A DNA stretch of 63,301 nucleotides, filler included, from an uncultured Gemmatimonadota bacterium (GCA_964490075.1; 4 parts of 4 records of this genome joined end to end with filler, not necessarily neighbours in it); one strand, 5' to 3'. Counted from the first letter of the whole stretch, positions 38,152-48,853 are shown. The notes: generated by a model not told the origin, from the letters alone. A program made the numbers and translations.

Positions 38152-40707
38152 GTGAAACGATTTCGTTTGACCGCACTGGTGCTGTCGGCCGGACTCCTGA
38201 TCAGCGCCGGCGGCGCCAGCGACCTCCCGCCGCCGGAGCAGACGGTCGCCAACACGCTGCGCATCACCAACGAGCGCAACGCGACCGCGCGCCCTTGTCC
38301 GGTGCGGATCGGGCGTCCCTTCCGGCGCGGCGAAGTGGCCGACTATCCGCAAGCGATGGTGGCGAGCACGGCACTCCCCACACAGGCCGATGTGAAAACA
38401 CGTTGGGACGATGGCAGCGTCAAACACGCCATCCTCAGCTTCATGATTCCACTCCTGCCCGCCGGCTCCACCGTGACCGTCGGATTCCAGAATCAGGCAT
38501 TCGGCAACAACGACGATCCCCTGACTCGACGGGAGATGCTCGACGATCGCTTCGACATGGAAGCGGTGATGCGCCTGGTCGAGAACGGTTCGCGAAGTGC
38601 ATCGGCCCGGTCGATGATCGAGGCGGGGGCGTTCGCCTACTGGGCGCGCGGACCGATCGCCACCACGGTGATCGTCGCCGACCACACGCCGGATCGCAAC
38701 TTCGACATCGGTTTCGACGAGCATCGCTCCTTCCGACCGATCTTCCACCTGACCTTCTGGCCGGAGATCGACAAGGTGCAGACAAGGTTCATCGGTGAGA
38801 TCGCCAATACCGAGGCCCTGCAAGACGAGCGCTACCAGCTCAAGCTGCTCCTCGGCCATTCCTCTCCCGAAGTGGTCTACTCGAAGTCGACCTTCACCCA
38901 CCATGCCCGCACCCGCTGGACCCGCCGATACTGGCTGGGCGACGCCCCGGCGTCGATCTCGATCGATCACAACGTCGCCTACCTGGCGACCACCGGCCTG
39001 ATCCCCTACTACCAGCCCTTCGACACGATCTCGGAGCAGGCGATCGCCGAGGCCTACGATTCGTGGCTGGAGAAAGACACCGACCTCTTCGGAGCCGGCA
39101 ACTGGACCAAGGCGATGCACACCGCCGGCGGACGACCCGAGATCGGTCCTTATCCTACCTGGAGCGTGCGCTGGCTCTACACCGGCGACCCACGCATGGA
39201 GGAGAAGGCCTTCGGCAACGCCGATCTCTCGGCAGCCTGGCCGATCCATTTCCGCGAGGGGAGCAGCAACCGGTTCTTCGACCGCTACAAGACCACGCTC
39301 GGGATCGGCCGGGTGGTCTCGATCAGCGACCGGCCGACCTTCTGGAGCGCCCGCCTCGACTGGGAGGCGACGCGTCCCGAGGATCGCGTCGTTCCGGTCG
39401 GCGCGCTCACCGACGGCGACTGGGATCCCGACAAGGCCCACCAGCCCGACCCGGTCTCGCTCCAGTACCTCTTGAGCGGCGATTACTGGTACCTGGAGGA
39501 GCTGCGCTTCTGGGCCGCCTGGGGCGCGGCCGATGGCGATGGTCCGGCCGACGAGAAGTTCTGGGGACGAGGCCCCACCGGCTCCGAGGGCGGGTTCGGC
39601 GCCACCCAGGTACGGGGCCAGGCCTGGGTGCTGCGGAATCGAATTCGCGCCGCCCTGCTCTCCCCCGACGGAAGCGCGGAGCGCTCCTACTTCTCGCGAC
39701 TGGTCGACGATGCCTTGGCGATCTGGGAAGGTGAACGTGAGGTGCTCGGCACCCATTTCATGGGACATCCCAACTGGCTCTGGGGCTACTCCTACGGTCG
39801 CGAGCGTTGGGACGCCGGCTACTCCGGCCGCCGCGGTCCGCCGCCGCTGCAGTACTGGGAGCTCGGAACCACCTACAAGGCCGATTCCTGGGACTGCTGC
39901 ATGAGCCCGGAGCGGGTGGAGTACGCGCACGAGCCGTGGCAGGCGAACATGCTGCTCTTCTCTCTCGGCCGAGCGCGCGATTTGGGCTTTGCGGCGCAGG
40001 CCCTGGTCTCCTGGAACGGTGCCAACCTGATCGGCCAGGTCAACGATCCCTACTACGATCCCTACCTCTGCGCCGCCTATCGCATCCCGATCGTGCGCCA
40101 ATCCGACCACGACTACTTCGGTCTCGATCGCCAGCAACCCTGGGCCGACGTCCGATCGGGCTACCACCCCGGCTTCGACGCCCGGGCCTTCTTCGACCAG
40201 GACCTGCGCTACGTCGACCACAGCTACGCCCTGATGGCCGCGGTCGGGGTCGCGACGGTAATCGACGAGCCCGGCGGCGCCAAGGCCTGGAGCTTCTTCG
40301 AACGCGAGCTGCTGGCCGCCGACGGGCTGCTCGACAACCCGAAGTGGGCGCTTCTTCCGGGCGGCCCGCGCTACGCCAACCAGAGCATCACCATCGACGT
40401 CGAGGATCCGCCGCGCCAGGTCGATCGCGGGCAAAGCGGCGAGCTGGTCGTCTGGGCGACCAACGACGGACCGAATGCGCGCTTTTTCGACCAATTGGTG
40501 ATCGAGGACGAGGGCCCGCTGCGCCGGCGCAGCATCTACTACTCCGGCGATCCGATCAGGGTCCCGCCGCGCGACACCCGGCGTTTCGTCATCGAGCACG
40601 ACGCGCCGGCCGAGAGCGTTCCGGGGATCTACACGGTGACGATTCTGGCGCGCAGCCACGACATGACCATCGCCCGCGACGCTTTTCAGACCGAAGTGTT
40701 GCGGTAG
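38152..40707 (+). CDS. Large secreted protein: YetA/RIFT-like N-domain, putative (alpha/alpha) barrel, C-terminal Ig-like domain
   Basis: Signal peptide; PV.IGRPF..GEV..TQADVKTRWDDGSVKHA; GGRPEIG, AHQP and QVRGQAW.LR. Confidence 0.65.
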   Translation: MKRFRLTALVLSAGLLISAGGASDLPPPEQTVANTLRITNERNATARPCPVRIGRPFRRGEVADYPQAMVASTALPTQADVKTRWDDGSVKHAILSFMIPLLPAGSTVTVGFQNQAFGNNDDPLTRREMLDDRFDMEAVMRLVENGSRSASARSMIEAGAFAYWARGPIATTVIVADHTPDRNFDIGFDEHRSFRPIFHLTFWPEIDKVQTRFIGEIANTEALQDERYQLKLLLGHSSPEVVYSKSTFTHHARTRWTRRYWLGDAPASISIDHNVAYLATTGLIPYYQPFDTISEQAIAEAYDSWLEKDTDLFGAGNWTKAMHTAGGRPEIGPYPTWSVRWLYTGDPRMEEKAFGNADLSAAWPIHFREGSSNRFFDRYKTTLGIGRVVSISDRPTFWSARLDWEATRPEDRVVPVGALTDGDWDPDKAHQPDPVSLQYLLSGDYWYLEELRFWAAWGAADGDGPADEKFWGRGPTGSEGGFGATQVRGQAWVLRNRIRAALLSPDGSAERSYFSRLVDDALAIWEGEREVLGTHFMGHPNWLWGYSYGRERWDAGYSGRRGPPPLQYWELGTTYKADSWDCCMSPERVEYAHEPWQANMLLFSLGRARDLGFAAQALVSWNGANLIGQVNDPYYDPYLCAAYRIPIVRQSDHDYFGLDRQQPWADVRSGYHPGFDARAFFDQDLRYVDHSYALMAAVGVATVIDEPGGAKAWSFFERELLAADGLLDNPKWALLPGGPRYANQSITIDVEDPPRQVDRGQSGELVVWATNDGPNARFFDQLVIEDEGPLRRRSIYYSGDPIRVPPRDTRRFVIEHDAPAESVPGIYTVTILARSHDMTIARDAFQTEVLR

Positions 40708-42849
40708 CTACTGGTCCGAAACCGCGAACTCGAAGCAGTCCTCGGCCTCGATCAGATTCGGGTGCTCCCCGACGAGCACGCAGATCCGATAGGGACTGCC
40801 GGGCGGCGTGCCCAGAGGCAGGGTTTCGACCTCGGAATGCTGCCGGGTCTGAAGCGCGGGGATGCTCGACGCTACGCGAGCGAAGGGGTTTCCCGCGTAA
40901 GGGCTGCCGTCCGTGGAAAAGGCGTCGAACCAGACCTCGCCCGACTGCCTTCGCTCGCGATTGTTGGTGACCGAAAAGGTCCAGGCCAGCGGGCCTCCCG
41001 CGACGGCCGTGGAATCGTGCTCCAGGATTGTGACGCTCAGCGCCGCTAACCAGTGTCGGTTCTCCGAGCCGCCGAAAGCGCCCATGTCGGCGCGGCTGCC
41101 GCCCAGGCCGGCCGCGCAGTCGAGAACCATGTCGCTGGCGAGCGAGTCTCCGGCGTCGATCGCGGGAGAGACGGCGCCTCCGGCGCAGGCGGTCGCGCTC
41201 AGGCGATAGTCACCGGCGGCGGGATCTCGGAACAGGGGATCCTGATCCAGGTTGTCGGCCCCAGGCCAACCACCCGACACATCCGAAAACGAAACCGTCG
41301 CCGATCCGGAGATCTCGATCGGCGTGTTGCCCCAGACGATGCTGGAAGCAATCGCCGGCAACGCGGTCGAGTCGCTGGCGATGCCGCCGGCGGCATCCTG
41401 CCCCGGGTGCCGATTGTCGGCGATGGTGCAGTGGGTGAAGGAAGGAAAGCTGGAGTCCGAGCAAGCGACACCCGCCGGGCCCGCGAAAAACTCCAGGTCC
41501 TGGGTGTTGCCGATGATCAGACAGCTGGTCAGGCTCGGGGACGAGTTCGAACAGTGCACGCCACCGGGGCCGTCCCATTGGCCTCGGTTGCCGCGGATGG
41601 TGCAGCCGGTGATGAGCGGTGAGGAGGCGACGCATTCGATCCCGCCGGTGCCTTCGTTCGAGCTGACCCAGTTGGAATCGATCACGCAACGGATCAGCTC
41701 GGGATTGGCGCTCCGGCAATCGAGACCGGCGCCGCCCGAGCCGTAGCGCACCTCGTTGCCGCGCACCACGCAGTCCTCGATGCTGGGCGCGGACGACTCA
41801 CAGCTAACGCCGCCGCCGGAACCACCCCCCAGCGCCACGTTGCCTTCGACGACGCAGTCCACCAGCGTCGGATTCGCCTGGTAGCAGCGCACGCCGCCGC
41901 CACGCCCGAGGGCGTGAAACTCGTGCGCGCAGAGGTTGTCGCTGATGGTGCACTCGACGATCGTCGGCGCCGATGCCTCGCAGCAAACGCCACCGCCGGC
42001 ACCGCCGTCGATCCCCGTGGCCGCCTCGTTGCCGGTAATCGTGCAGCGCTCCAGCAGCGCACTCGATTGGTTGCGGCAGGCGACCCCGCCGCCGTTGCCG
42101 TCGGCGGTTTCGTTGTCGGCGATCCAGCAGTCCGAGATTCGCGGAGAGGAGGCGTCGCAGCAGATGCCGCCACCCGGTCCGCCGTCCAGCAGGTAGTAGA
42201 CGTACGAGTTGTCGGTCACGGAGCAGTCGCTGATCGTCGGCGCCGACTGCTCACCGCAGTAGATGCCGCCACCTCCGCCGTAGCCCCGCAGGGCGTTGCC
42301 CGTGATGCCGCAGCCGTCGATCAGTGGCGCCGACGCGTTGCAGTGGATGCCGGCTCCGAAGCGCGCCTCGTTTCCCTGGACGGTCAGCCCGATCAGCTGC
42401 GGCGACGCCCCTTCGCAACGGATGCCGCTGCCGCGGCTCGCTTCGATGACGCAGCGATCGATGGTCGGAGAGCTGTCCGCAACGTAGATTCCACCGCCCG
42501 CGGCACTCCCCAGATTCCAGGCGCCGCCGGTGATCGTCAGGCCGCGCAGCACTGACCCGCTCTCATCATCCGAGGCGAAACGAAACACCACTCCCTGACG
42601 CAATGCGTCGACCCGCGTCGCCGACACCACGGCCGGATCGTCCGGCGCCAGCCCGGTCACCTCGATGGCCTTGCCCCCGAAGACGATGTCGAGCTCGGTG
42701 TAGATCCCGGGATGCACCACCACTCGATCGCCGGGCTCCGCGTTGTCGATCGCCTGCTGAATCGTCGCGTACTCCAGCGGCACGTGCAGGTCGCTCGCGA
42801 CCGCACTCATGGCCCCTGCCAGAGCGAGCGGGAGTCTGGAGCTGGTCAT
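40708..42849 (-). CDS. Secreted right-handed parallel beta-helix (pectin-lyase fold) protein with C-terminal Ig-like domain
   Basis: TIQQAID.A..GD.V.V.PG.Y; many GGG(I/V).C..S.P.I..C.I..N repeats; DPLF..P..GDYRL; DMGAFG. Confidence 0.85.
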   Translation of the reverse strand: MTSSRLPLALAGAMSAVASDLHVPLEYATIQQAIDNAEPGDRVVVHPGIYTELDIVFGGKAIEVTGLAPDDPAVVSATRVDALRQGVVFRFASDDESGSVLRGLTITGGAWNLGSAAGGGIYVADSSPTIDRCVIEASRGSGIRCEGASPQLIGLTVQGNEARFGAGIHCNASAPLIDGCGITGNALRGYGGGGGIYCGEQSAPTISDCSVTDNSYVYYLLDGGPGGGICCDASSPRISDCWIADNETADGNGGGVACRNQSSALLERCTITGNEAATGIDGGAGGGVCCEASAPTIVECTISDNLCAHEFHALGRGGGVRCYQANPTLVDCVVEGNVALGGGSGGGVSCESSAPSIEDCVVRGNEVRYGSGGAGLDCRSANPELIRCVIDSNWVSSNEGTGGIECVASSPLITGCTIRGNRGQWDGPGGVHCSNSSPSLTSCLIIGNTQDLEFFAGPAGVACSDSSFPSFTHCTIADNRHPGQDAAGGIASDSTALPAIASSIVWGNTPIEISGSATVSFSDVSGGWPGADNLDQDPLFRDPAAGDYRLSATACAGGAVSPAIDAGDSLASDMVLDCAAGLGGSRADMGAFGGSENRHWLAALSVTILEHDSTAVAGGPLAWTFSVTNNRERRQSGEVWFDAFSTDGSPYAGNPFARVASSIPALQTRQHSEVETLPLGTPPGSPYRICVLVGEHPNLIEAEDCFEFAVSDQ

Positions 42850-42948
42850 GACCTCTCCACGATGGAAGGCGCGGCGCCTCGACTAAGGCCAAGATTCGCA
42901 CGGCTCGGTCACGAATCAGGAGGCGGATTATGGTCTACATTCCCGAGG

Positions 42949-44247
42949 CTACCACTTCTTGGGAATGCCGGCGCCCAGACGGCGGCCCCACACCGGCTCG
43001 GGAGTGGAGTCGGTCGCAGCCGTGGCGGCGGAATCACCCAGCGGCAGCCGGCAGAGACAGGCGATCAGGGCGATCTCCTGGTAGTAGAGATCGAACTGGG
43101 CGAAGCTGAGAAAGGTGGCACAGACCATGTAACCGCAGAGCGACGCCTCCAGAGCCTTCGAATAGACGACGATGTCGGTCGCCTGCGGCGCCCCGGCGGC
43201 CTCTCGGCGCAATCGCCGCAGCGCGGCGATCCCGGTCGCGAAGAGCCCCAGGTAGACCGCCAACGCCGGCAGTCCGCACTCCGAGGCGATCTGCAGGTAG
43301 CTGTTGTGCGTGACGCGCGGCGAGTGCGGCGAGTAACGCGGAAACACGAGCAAGAAGTTGTTGTAGCCCACACCGGTCAGAGGGTGCTCGGCCACCGCCT
43401 GGATCGCGACATCCCAGGCCTGGAAGCGCCCCTGGATCGACCGGTCGTAGCTCTCGGTGTCGGCGATCGTACTGATCCGCTCGTAGTACGACTCCGGCAC
43501 AATCACCAGCGCACACACCGCCACGCCCATCAGCAGCAACGCGCCCCGGAACTTCCGCTCGGCTCCGATCCACATCACGCCGATCACGGCGATCAGGCCC
43601 AGAAACCCGCCCCGCGAAAAGGTGAAGACGATCGCCGCGAACGCGAACACCACGATCGCCTGCGCCCCGCGCCGGAGCATGCGCTGCTCTTCGGTCCTGG
43701 CCAGGGCGAAGGCCAGCGGCAGCATCATCACGAAGGCGGTGGCCAGAGAGTTGTTGTCACCGATCATGCCGCCGGGACCACCGATGATCTCGCCGCCGCG
43801 CGCCAAACTCCACACCGTCCCCTTCACCGCGAGAAAGCCCAGCGCTCCGACAATCGCCCACAGAATGGTGCGGCACCGAGCGAGAGTCGTCACCAGTCCC
43901 GAAGTCAACAGTGCCAGGCCGATCACCTTGGTGAAGTCGATGATCGCCGGCAGCGCCAGCGCCGGGCTTTGGGCAAATAGGTAGCTCAGCGCCACCAGAA
44001 ACCAGAGCAGCACCATCAGGGCGGTGACCTGACCCCAGTGGACCATTCTCTCGCCGCGTGCGAAGAGCACCCCAACCACGGTCGCCACCGTCATCAGCAG
44101 CGTCAGCCGGTAGCCGGACACCCCCCAGGCCAGATCCTGCGGCCGCAGATAGGCGTAGACAGTCACCGCGGTGATGCCGAGGAAGGGCCGCGCCAGACAG
44201 ACCGGCAGCAACCCCAGTGTGACCAGGAGGACGATCGCGTTACGCAT
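42949..44247 (-). CDS. O-antigen ligase/Wzy-like membrane protein (exosortase-associated O-glycosylation ligase type)
   Basis: Multiple TM helices; RP..L.W, GP.GMIGDNN, FSRGGFLG, PLTGVG and HNSYLQIASECG. Confidence 0.82.
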   Translation of the reverse strand: MRNAIVLLVTLGLLPVCLARPFLGITAVTVYAYLRPQDLAWGVSGYRLTLLMTVATVVGVLFARGERMVHWGQVTALMVLLWFLVALSYLFAQSPALALPAIIDFTKVIGLALLTSGLVTTLARCRTILWAIVGALGFLAVKGTVWSLARGGEIIGGPGGMIGDNNSLATAFVMMLPLAFALARTEEQRMLRRGAQAIVVFAFAAIVFTFSRGGFLGLIAVIGVMWIGAERKFRGALLLMGVAVCALVIVPESYYERISTIADTESYDRSIQGRFQAWDVAIQAVAEHPLTGVGYNNFLLVFPRYSPHSPRVTHNSYLQIASECGLPALAVYLGLFATGIAALRRLRREAAGAPQATDIVVYSKALEASLCGYMVCATFLSFAQFDLYYQEIALIACLCRLPLGDSAATAATDSTPEPVWGRRLGAGIPKKW

Positions 44248-45427
44248 TCGGAGTGCGGGCGGAGCGCCGAGTCGAAGGGTCGCGACGGGCGGCGGAAGCG
44301 GTCTTCTCGGGGGTGCCGCCGCCCTCCACCGCGCGCCGGTAGGCCGCGAAGGTGCGTTCGGCGGTCACCTCCCAGCGAAAGGCCTCGACGCGCCGGTGCC
44401 CGCGCTCGCGGAGCCCGCGGCGCAGCTCGGAGTCCGAGAGGGCCCGCGCCATGGCCTGCGCCCAGACCTGGCGGTCGTGCGGCTCGACCAGCAGTGCGGC
44501 GTCGCCGACCACTTCGGGGATGCTGGTGGCGCGCGCGGCGACGACCGGACAGCCGGCGCGCATCGACTCCAGAGCGGGAAAGCCGAATCCCTCCCAGCTC
44601 GAGGGGTAGCAGAACACCCGCGCGTTGGCGTAAAGGGCGTGCAGCGTGTCGTCAGGCACGTAGCCGAGGATCCGCACCCGCGCGCCGATGTCGAGTCGAG
44701 TCGCCCGGCGCTCCAGCGCGGCGCGCCCTCGGGTTTGCAGCCCCGCCACCACCAGCAGGGGCGCGGCCGGGTCGCGGCGCACCAGGTCGGCGTACGACTC
44801 GAGCAGCCGGCCGGTGTTCTTGCGCGGATCGGTCGCACCCAGGTGAAAGACGTAGCCGGGCTCGATCCCGAGCTCGGGGGGCAGCGCAGCCGGCTGCGCC
44901 GGGTCCGGGCCCGGTCCCAGCCCGGGATGGGTGACGACGATGCGCTCCGGCGGGATTCCGACGTCGCGCGTGATGTCGCGCGCCGACGATTGCGACACGG
45001 TGAGTATGATGCGCGCGCGGCGCAGGGCGGGCGGCAAGAGCCTGCGGGTGTAGAGGAACTCGGCCCGGGTCGCCTCGCCGCGCCGGTGCAGCATGACGGT
45101 ATCGTGCACGGTCACGACAGTCGGGCGGCTCATGAGCAGCGGCGCCAGGTTGACCGGGCAGTGCAGCAGCGACGGGGAAAGGCGGCGCACCAGCCTTGGT
45201 AGAGTCCACTGATCCCAGACCCGAAAGCGCGATCCGCGAGGTCCGGCGTCGATCGTCACCTCGATCCGCGAGTCCCCGAAATCGTGTTGCAGGCGGCCCC
45301 AGGAGAGCAGCAGGTACTGCACATCGTCGTCGCGCGCCAGGAGCGAGCGCAGCAACCCGAGAAGATAGCGGCCGCCGCCTCGGGGCTCGGGGGAGCTCAG
45401 CTCCCTTGCATCGAGGGCGATTCGCAT
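44240..45427 (-). CDS. Glycosyltransferase family 4
   Basis: MRIALDAR, TVHD, PRKN and EGFGFPALESM..GCPVV. Confidence 0.9.
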   Translation of the reverse strand: MRIALDARELSSPEPRGGGRYLLGLLRSLLARDDDVQYLLLSWGRLQHDFGDSRIEVTIDAGPRGSRFRVWDQWTLPRLVRRLSPSLLHCPVNLAPLLMSRPTVVTVHDTVMLHRRGEATRAEFLYTRRLLPPALRRARIILTVSQSSARDITRDVGIPPERIVVTHPGLGPGPDPAQPAALPPELGIEPGYVFHLGATDPRKNTGRLLESYADLVRRDPAAPLLVVAGLQTRGRAALERRATRLDIGARVRILGYVPDDTLHALYANARVFCYPSSWEGFGFPALESMRAGCPVVAARATSIPEVVGDAALLVEPHDRQVWAQAMARALSDSELRRGLRERGHRRVEAFRWEVTAERTFAAYRRAVEGGGTPEKTASAARRDPSTRRSARTPNA

Positions 45428-45431
45428 GCTC

Positions 45432-46730
45432 TCAGGTGCCTCGCAGCGGAAGGGCCTCGGCGCTCGGCGCCAGCTCGGAGTAGAGCGCCAGCAACCGCTC
45501 GGCCTGCGGCTCCCAGCAGTAGGTCGACTGCGCGGCCCGCCACCCCCGGTCGCCCAGCTCGCGCAGCCGCTCGGGATTCCTCAGCAGCCGCTCGATCGCC
45601 GCCGCGAGCTCCCCGGGGTGGTCCGAGTCGACCAGCTCTCCGGCGCCGGTCTCGCGCAGCACGCGCCCGATCTCCGGGGCGTCGAGAGCGATGATCGCCA
45701 CCCCGACCGCCATGAACTCGAAGAGCTTATTGGGCAAGCTGGTGTAGTGGCTAAGGTTGGAGCGATCCATCAGGCACAGGCCCAGATCGGCGCCAGCCGT
45801 GTGGTCGAGCAGCTCGGCGCGCGGAATGCGGCCGGCGAAGCGGATGCGTTCGGCGACTCCGAGCAGCGCGGCGCGCGCCTCGAGCTCGGCGCGAATCGGA
45901 CCGTCGCCGAGCACCAGCAAAACCGCGCCCTCGACCCGCGCCCAGGTCTCGATGACGCGCTCGATCCCCTTCTCCGGCGTCAGATCGCCCTGGTAGACGG
46001 CCACCAGAGCGTCGGACGCGATTGCGAAGCGGCGGCGCAGATCGACCGCCGGCGTTCTGGCGCGCCGCGGAGGGGCGTTGAGGATCAAGGCCGGAGGGGT
46101 GATGGAATAGTTGCGCACCAGAGCACGCGCCCGCGCGGGCGAGGAGTCGATCACCGCGGCGGCGGATTTGATCAAGAGCCGCTCGAGCAGGCGCCGCCCG
46201 AGCCGCACCAGCCGCGGAAAGCGGGCGCCGCGGGCCACCGGCACCTCGACCTGCAGCTCGTGCGCGTCGTAGACCAGTCCGGCCCGGCGCCGGCGCGCCG
46301 CCAGGAATGCCTCGAAGAGGGTGTTCAGCTCGTGGGCGTGGTAGACGTCGGCGCGCTCGCGCCCCGCCGCGGCGACCAGTGCCACCTCCCAGCGCAGCTT
46401 CCAGAGCAGCGCGCGCCAGCGAGCCGCAGCGTTCGGCGGCGCGGGTGGCGGCGCGGAATCGCCTGCGTCGCCGGAATCGCCGGACCGGGTCCGCGTCGCG
46501 GCCGGGCCGATCCCCTCCGCACCGCGCATGAGCCGCGGCCGCCAGGCGTCGGGTCGCCGCACCAGGAACCCGTTCCGCGCCTCTCGGGCGGGCAGACCCG
46601 CCCCCGGCCGCGCCAACACCACCACCCGCCAGCCGGCGTCCGCCAGAGTCCGCGCCTCGTGGTGGACCCGCGCGTCGTGGGTGAAGTGATTGCGAACCAG
46701 CATGCACACCGCGGCCGGCCGAGCGGTCAC
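45432..46730 (-). CDS. Glycosyltransferase family 4
   Basis: DARV..EA, YDAHE, YQG, KGIE and SLPNKLFEFMA.G. Confidence 0.88.
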   Translation of the reverse strand: MTARPAAVCMLVRNHFTHDARVHHEARTLADAGWRVVVLARPGAGLPAREARNGFLVRRPDAWRPRLMRGAEGIGPAATRTRSGDSGDAGDSAPPPAPPNAAARWRALLWKLRWEVALVAAAGRERADVYHAHELNTLFEAFLAARRRRAGLVYDAHELQVEVPVARGARFPRLVRLGRRLLERLLIKSAAAVIDSSPARARALVRNYSITPPALILNAPPRRARTPAVDLRRRFAIASDALVAVYQGDLTPEKGIERVIETWARVEGAVLLVLGDGPIRAELEARAALLGVAERIRFAGRIPRAELLDHTAGADLGLCLMDRSNLSHYTSLPNKLFEFMAVGVAIIALDAPEIGRVLRETGAGELVDSDHPGELAAAIERLLRNPERLRELGDRGWRAAQSTYCWEPQAERLLALYSELAPSAEALPLRGT

Positions 46731-47965
46731 TGGGCGCCGCCTCGCCGCGCCGAGAGCGGTGGATCGGCGCTCCCCTCGTCACGCAGGTCGTGCCACTGAT
46801 GATCGATCTGCAGCATTCCGCGATCCTTCCCCGCGGAGATCACCTGAAAGCCCTTCAGGGGCGGGGTCGAAACCAGCGCGTGGTGCAGATCGCGCTTCCA
46901 GACCGCGGCGCTCACCGTGTAGAGGCCGCCGCTCAGCGGCAGCGAGGGAAGGTGCAGCTCCACCTCTCCCGCGCCGTCGAAAGTGGCCAGCTGGGCCTTG
47001 CCCCAGGAGGTGCGGGTGCCGAAGATATGCTGGCCTCCGGCGCGGTGGATCTCGATCCCCACGACCGGCTTCTCCAGCGGCTCCAGAGTTCTCCAGCCCA
47101 CCGCGATTCTGAGCGCGTCACCCGGCGAGAAGGTCCGCGTCGCTCGCCCCTGGGCATCCGTCACCCGCAGACCCGTCACTTTCACCGACCCCAGGCCGAA
47201 TTCCTCGGGCTCCGTTTCTTCCGACGTCGCCTCCATGCGCAGCGCGTCTTCCAGGTGGGCGTCGATCACACCGCCTACATCACCCTCCTCGCGAATCTGC
47301 CCCTGTCCCAGCAGCATGGCGGAATCGCAGATCGAGCGCACCGCCTCCATGTCGTGGCTGACGAAGAGAATCGTCATGCCGTTGCTCTTCAAGCGTCGCA
47401 CTCGCTCGAAACACTTCATCCGGAATCCGAGATCTCCGACCGCGAGCACCTCATCTAGCAACAGAATATCGCTGTCGACGTGGGCCGCGATGGCGAATCC
47501 GAGCCGCATATACATTCCCAGCGAGTAACGCTTCACGGGAGTGCCCTCGAAGCCTTCGAGCTCGGCAAAGGCGATGATCTTCTCCAGGCGCTTCCTGATC
47601 TCATGACGCTTCATACCCAGAATCGCGCCATTGAGATACACATTTTCCAAGCCGGTGAGATCAGGGTGAAAGCCGGCGCCGATCTCGATCAGCGAGGCCA
47701 CCCGCCCGCGGGTCTGGATGGTGCCCGAGCTGGGATGCAAGATCCGCGCGGCCAACTTCAGAGTGGTGCTCTTGCCCGAACCGTTCGGCCCAATCACCCC
47801 CAGGCTCTCTCCGTCGCGGACCTTGAAATCCAAGCCGTCTACCGCCCGGATCAGATGTCGCGGCTCCCCCTTGCCGATGAGCCGCAGAAAGCGGTCTCCG
47901 ATTCTGCCGATCCCGAAGTGCGGGTCGAGGAGCTTGGTGACGTTTTCGAACTCGATGCGATACAC
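46727..47965 (-). CDS. wzt: Polysaccharide ABC transporter ATP-binding protein with C-terminal Wzt_C domain
   Basis: GPNGSGKST, GAGFHPDLTG.EN, YSLGM signature variant, LLDEVLAVGD and VSHD. Confidence 0.9.
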   Translation of the reverse strand: MYRIEFENVTKLLDPHFGIGRIGDRFLRLIGKGEPRHLIRAVDGLDFKVRDGESLGVIGPNGSGKSTTLKLAARILHPSSGTIQTRGRVASLIEIGAGFHPDLTGLENVYLNGAILGMKRHEIRKRLEKIIAFAELEGFEGTPVKRYSLGMYMRLGFAIAAHVDSDILLLDEVLAVGDLGFRMKCFERVRRLKSNGMTILFVSHDMEAVRSICDSAMLLGQGQIREEGDVGGVIDAHLEDALRMEATSEETEPEEFGLGSVKVTGLRVTDAQGRATRTFSPGDALRIAVGWRTLEPLEKPVVGIEIHRAGGQHIFGTRTSWGKAQLATFDGAGEVELHLPSLPLSGGLYTVSAAVWKRDLHHALVSTPPLKGFQVISAGKDRGMLQIDHQWHDLRDEGSADPPLSARRGGAQ

Positions 47966-47973
47966 GGCGTGTC

Positions 47974-48759
47974 CTAGATGATGTCGCCGAAGCGCTTTTC
48001 GTGTTTCTTGAACACCCGCTGGCCGATCGCGCAGGAGAGCAGCGCGATCACCACCGCGCTGCCGAGTGCCACGGGATCGGGTCCCACCCCCAGAGCACTG
48101 ACGCGCCGGAAAGAATCGACCAGGCCGGCCATCGGATTGAGCAGCAGCCAGGGCCGCAGCGCCTCCGGCACGTGGTCCATCGAGAAGATGACCGGCGTGA
48201 CGAACATCCAAAGGAAGAGTCCCAGGACGATGGTGTACTTCACGTCGCGGTAGAAGACGTTGAGAGCGGCGGCCAGGAGCCCGAAGCCGATCATGAAGAT
48301 GGTCTGAACCAGCGCCAGAAAAGGCGCCAGCAGCAGCCAGAGCGTGAAGGGCGCGCCGTAGAACACCAAGAGCACCAGCAGCACGCACCAGGCGATGGCG
48401 AAGTCGACCGCCGATGCCAGGATCGCCGCGATCGGCAGGGTCTCGCGCGGGAAGGCGGTCTTGGTCACCAGCTCCAGGTTCGAGACCAGGCTGGGAATCG
48501 CGAAGCTGAGACCGGTCGAGAAGTAGGTCCAGGGAACCAGGGCCGAGTAGAGGAAGATCGGGTAGGGAATCTCGGTCTCCACCCGGACCGGCAGCAGGTA
48601 CGTGAACACCAGGCTGAAGACCAGCATCATCGACAGCGGCTGAAACACCGCCCAGGCGATGCCGAGCAGCGATTGCTTGTACTTGATCTGGGTGTCCTTG
48701 ACGGTCAGGGCCCAGAGCAGATCGCGGTGTTGATAGAGATTGCGGACGAGCGAGATCAC
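47974..48759 (-). CDS. wzm: Polysaccharide ABC transporter permease
   Basis: KYKQSLLG.AW..FQPL, FPRE, YRDV, TPVIF and LNPM. Confidence 0.9.
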   Translation of the reverse strand: MISLVRNLYQHRDLLWALTVKDTQIKYKQSLLGIAWAVFQPLSMMLVFSLVFTYLLPVRVETEIPYPIFLYSALVPWTYFSTGLSFAIPSLVSNLELVTKTAFPRETLPIAAILASAVDFAIAWCVLLVLLVFYGAPFTLWLLLAPFLALVQTIFMIGFGLLAAALNVFYRDVKYTIVLGLFLWMFVTPVIFSMDHVPEALRPWLLLNPMAGLVDSFRRVSALGVGPDPVALGSAVVIALLSCAIGQRVFKKHEKRFGDII

Positions 48760-48853
48760 GACGCGTACCTGCGTTGGCTCAGGCTGCGGGCTGGTGTCGG
48801 CATTCCGCGCATTGTAACGCGTGAGGGCTTGGGCGGAACGCGGCGTCGCGGGG

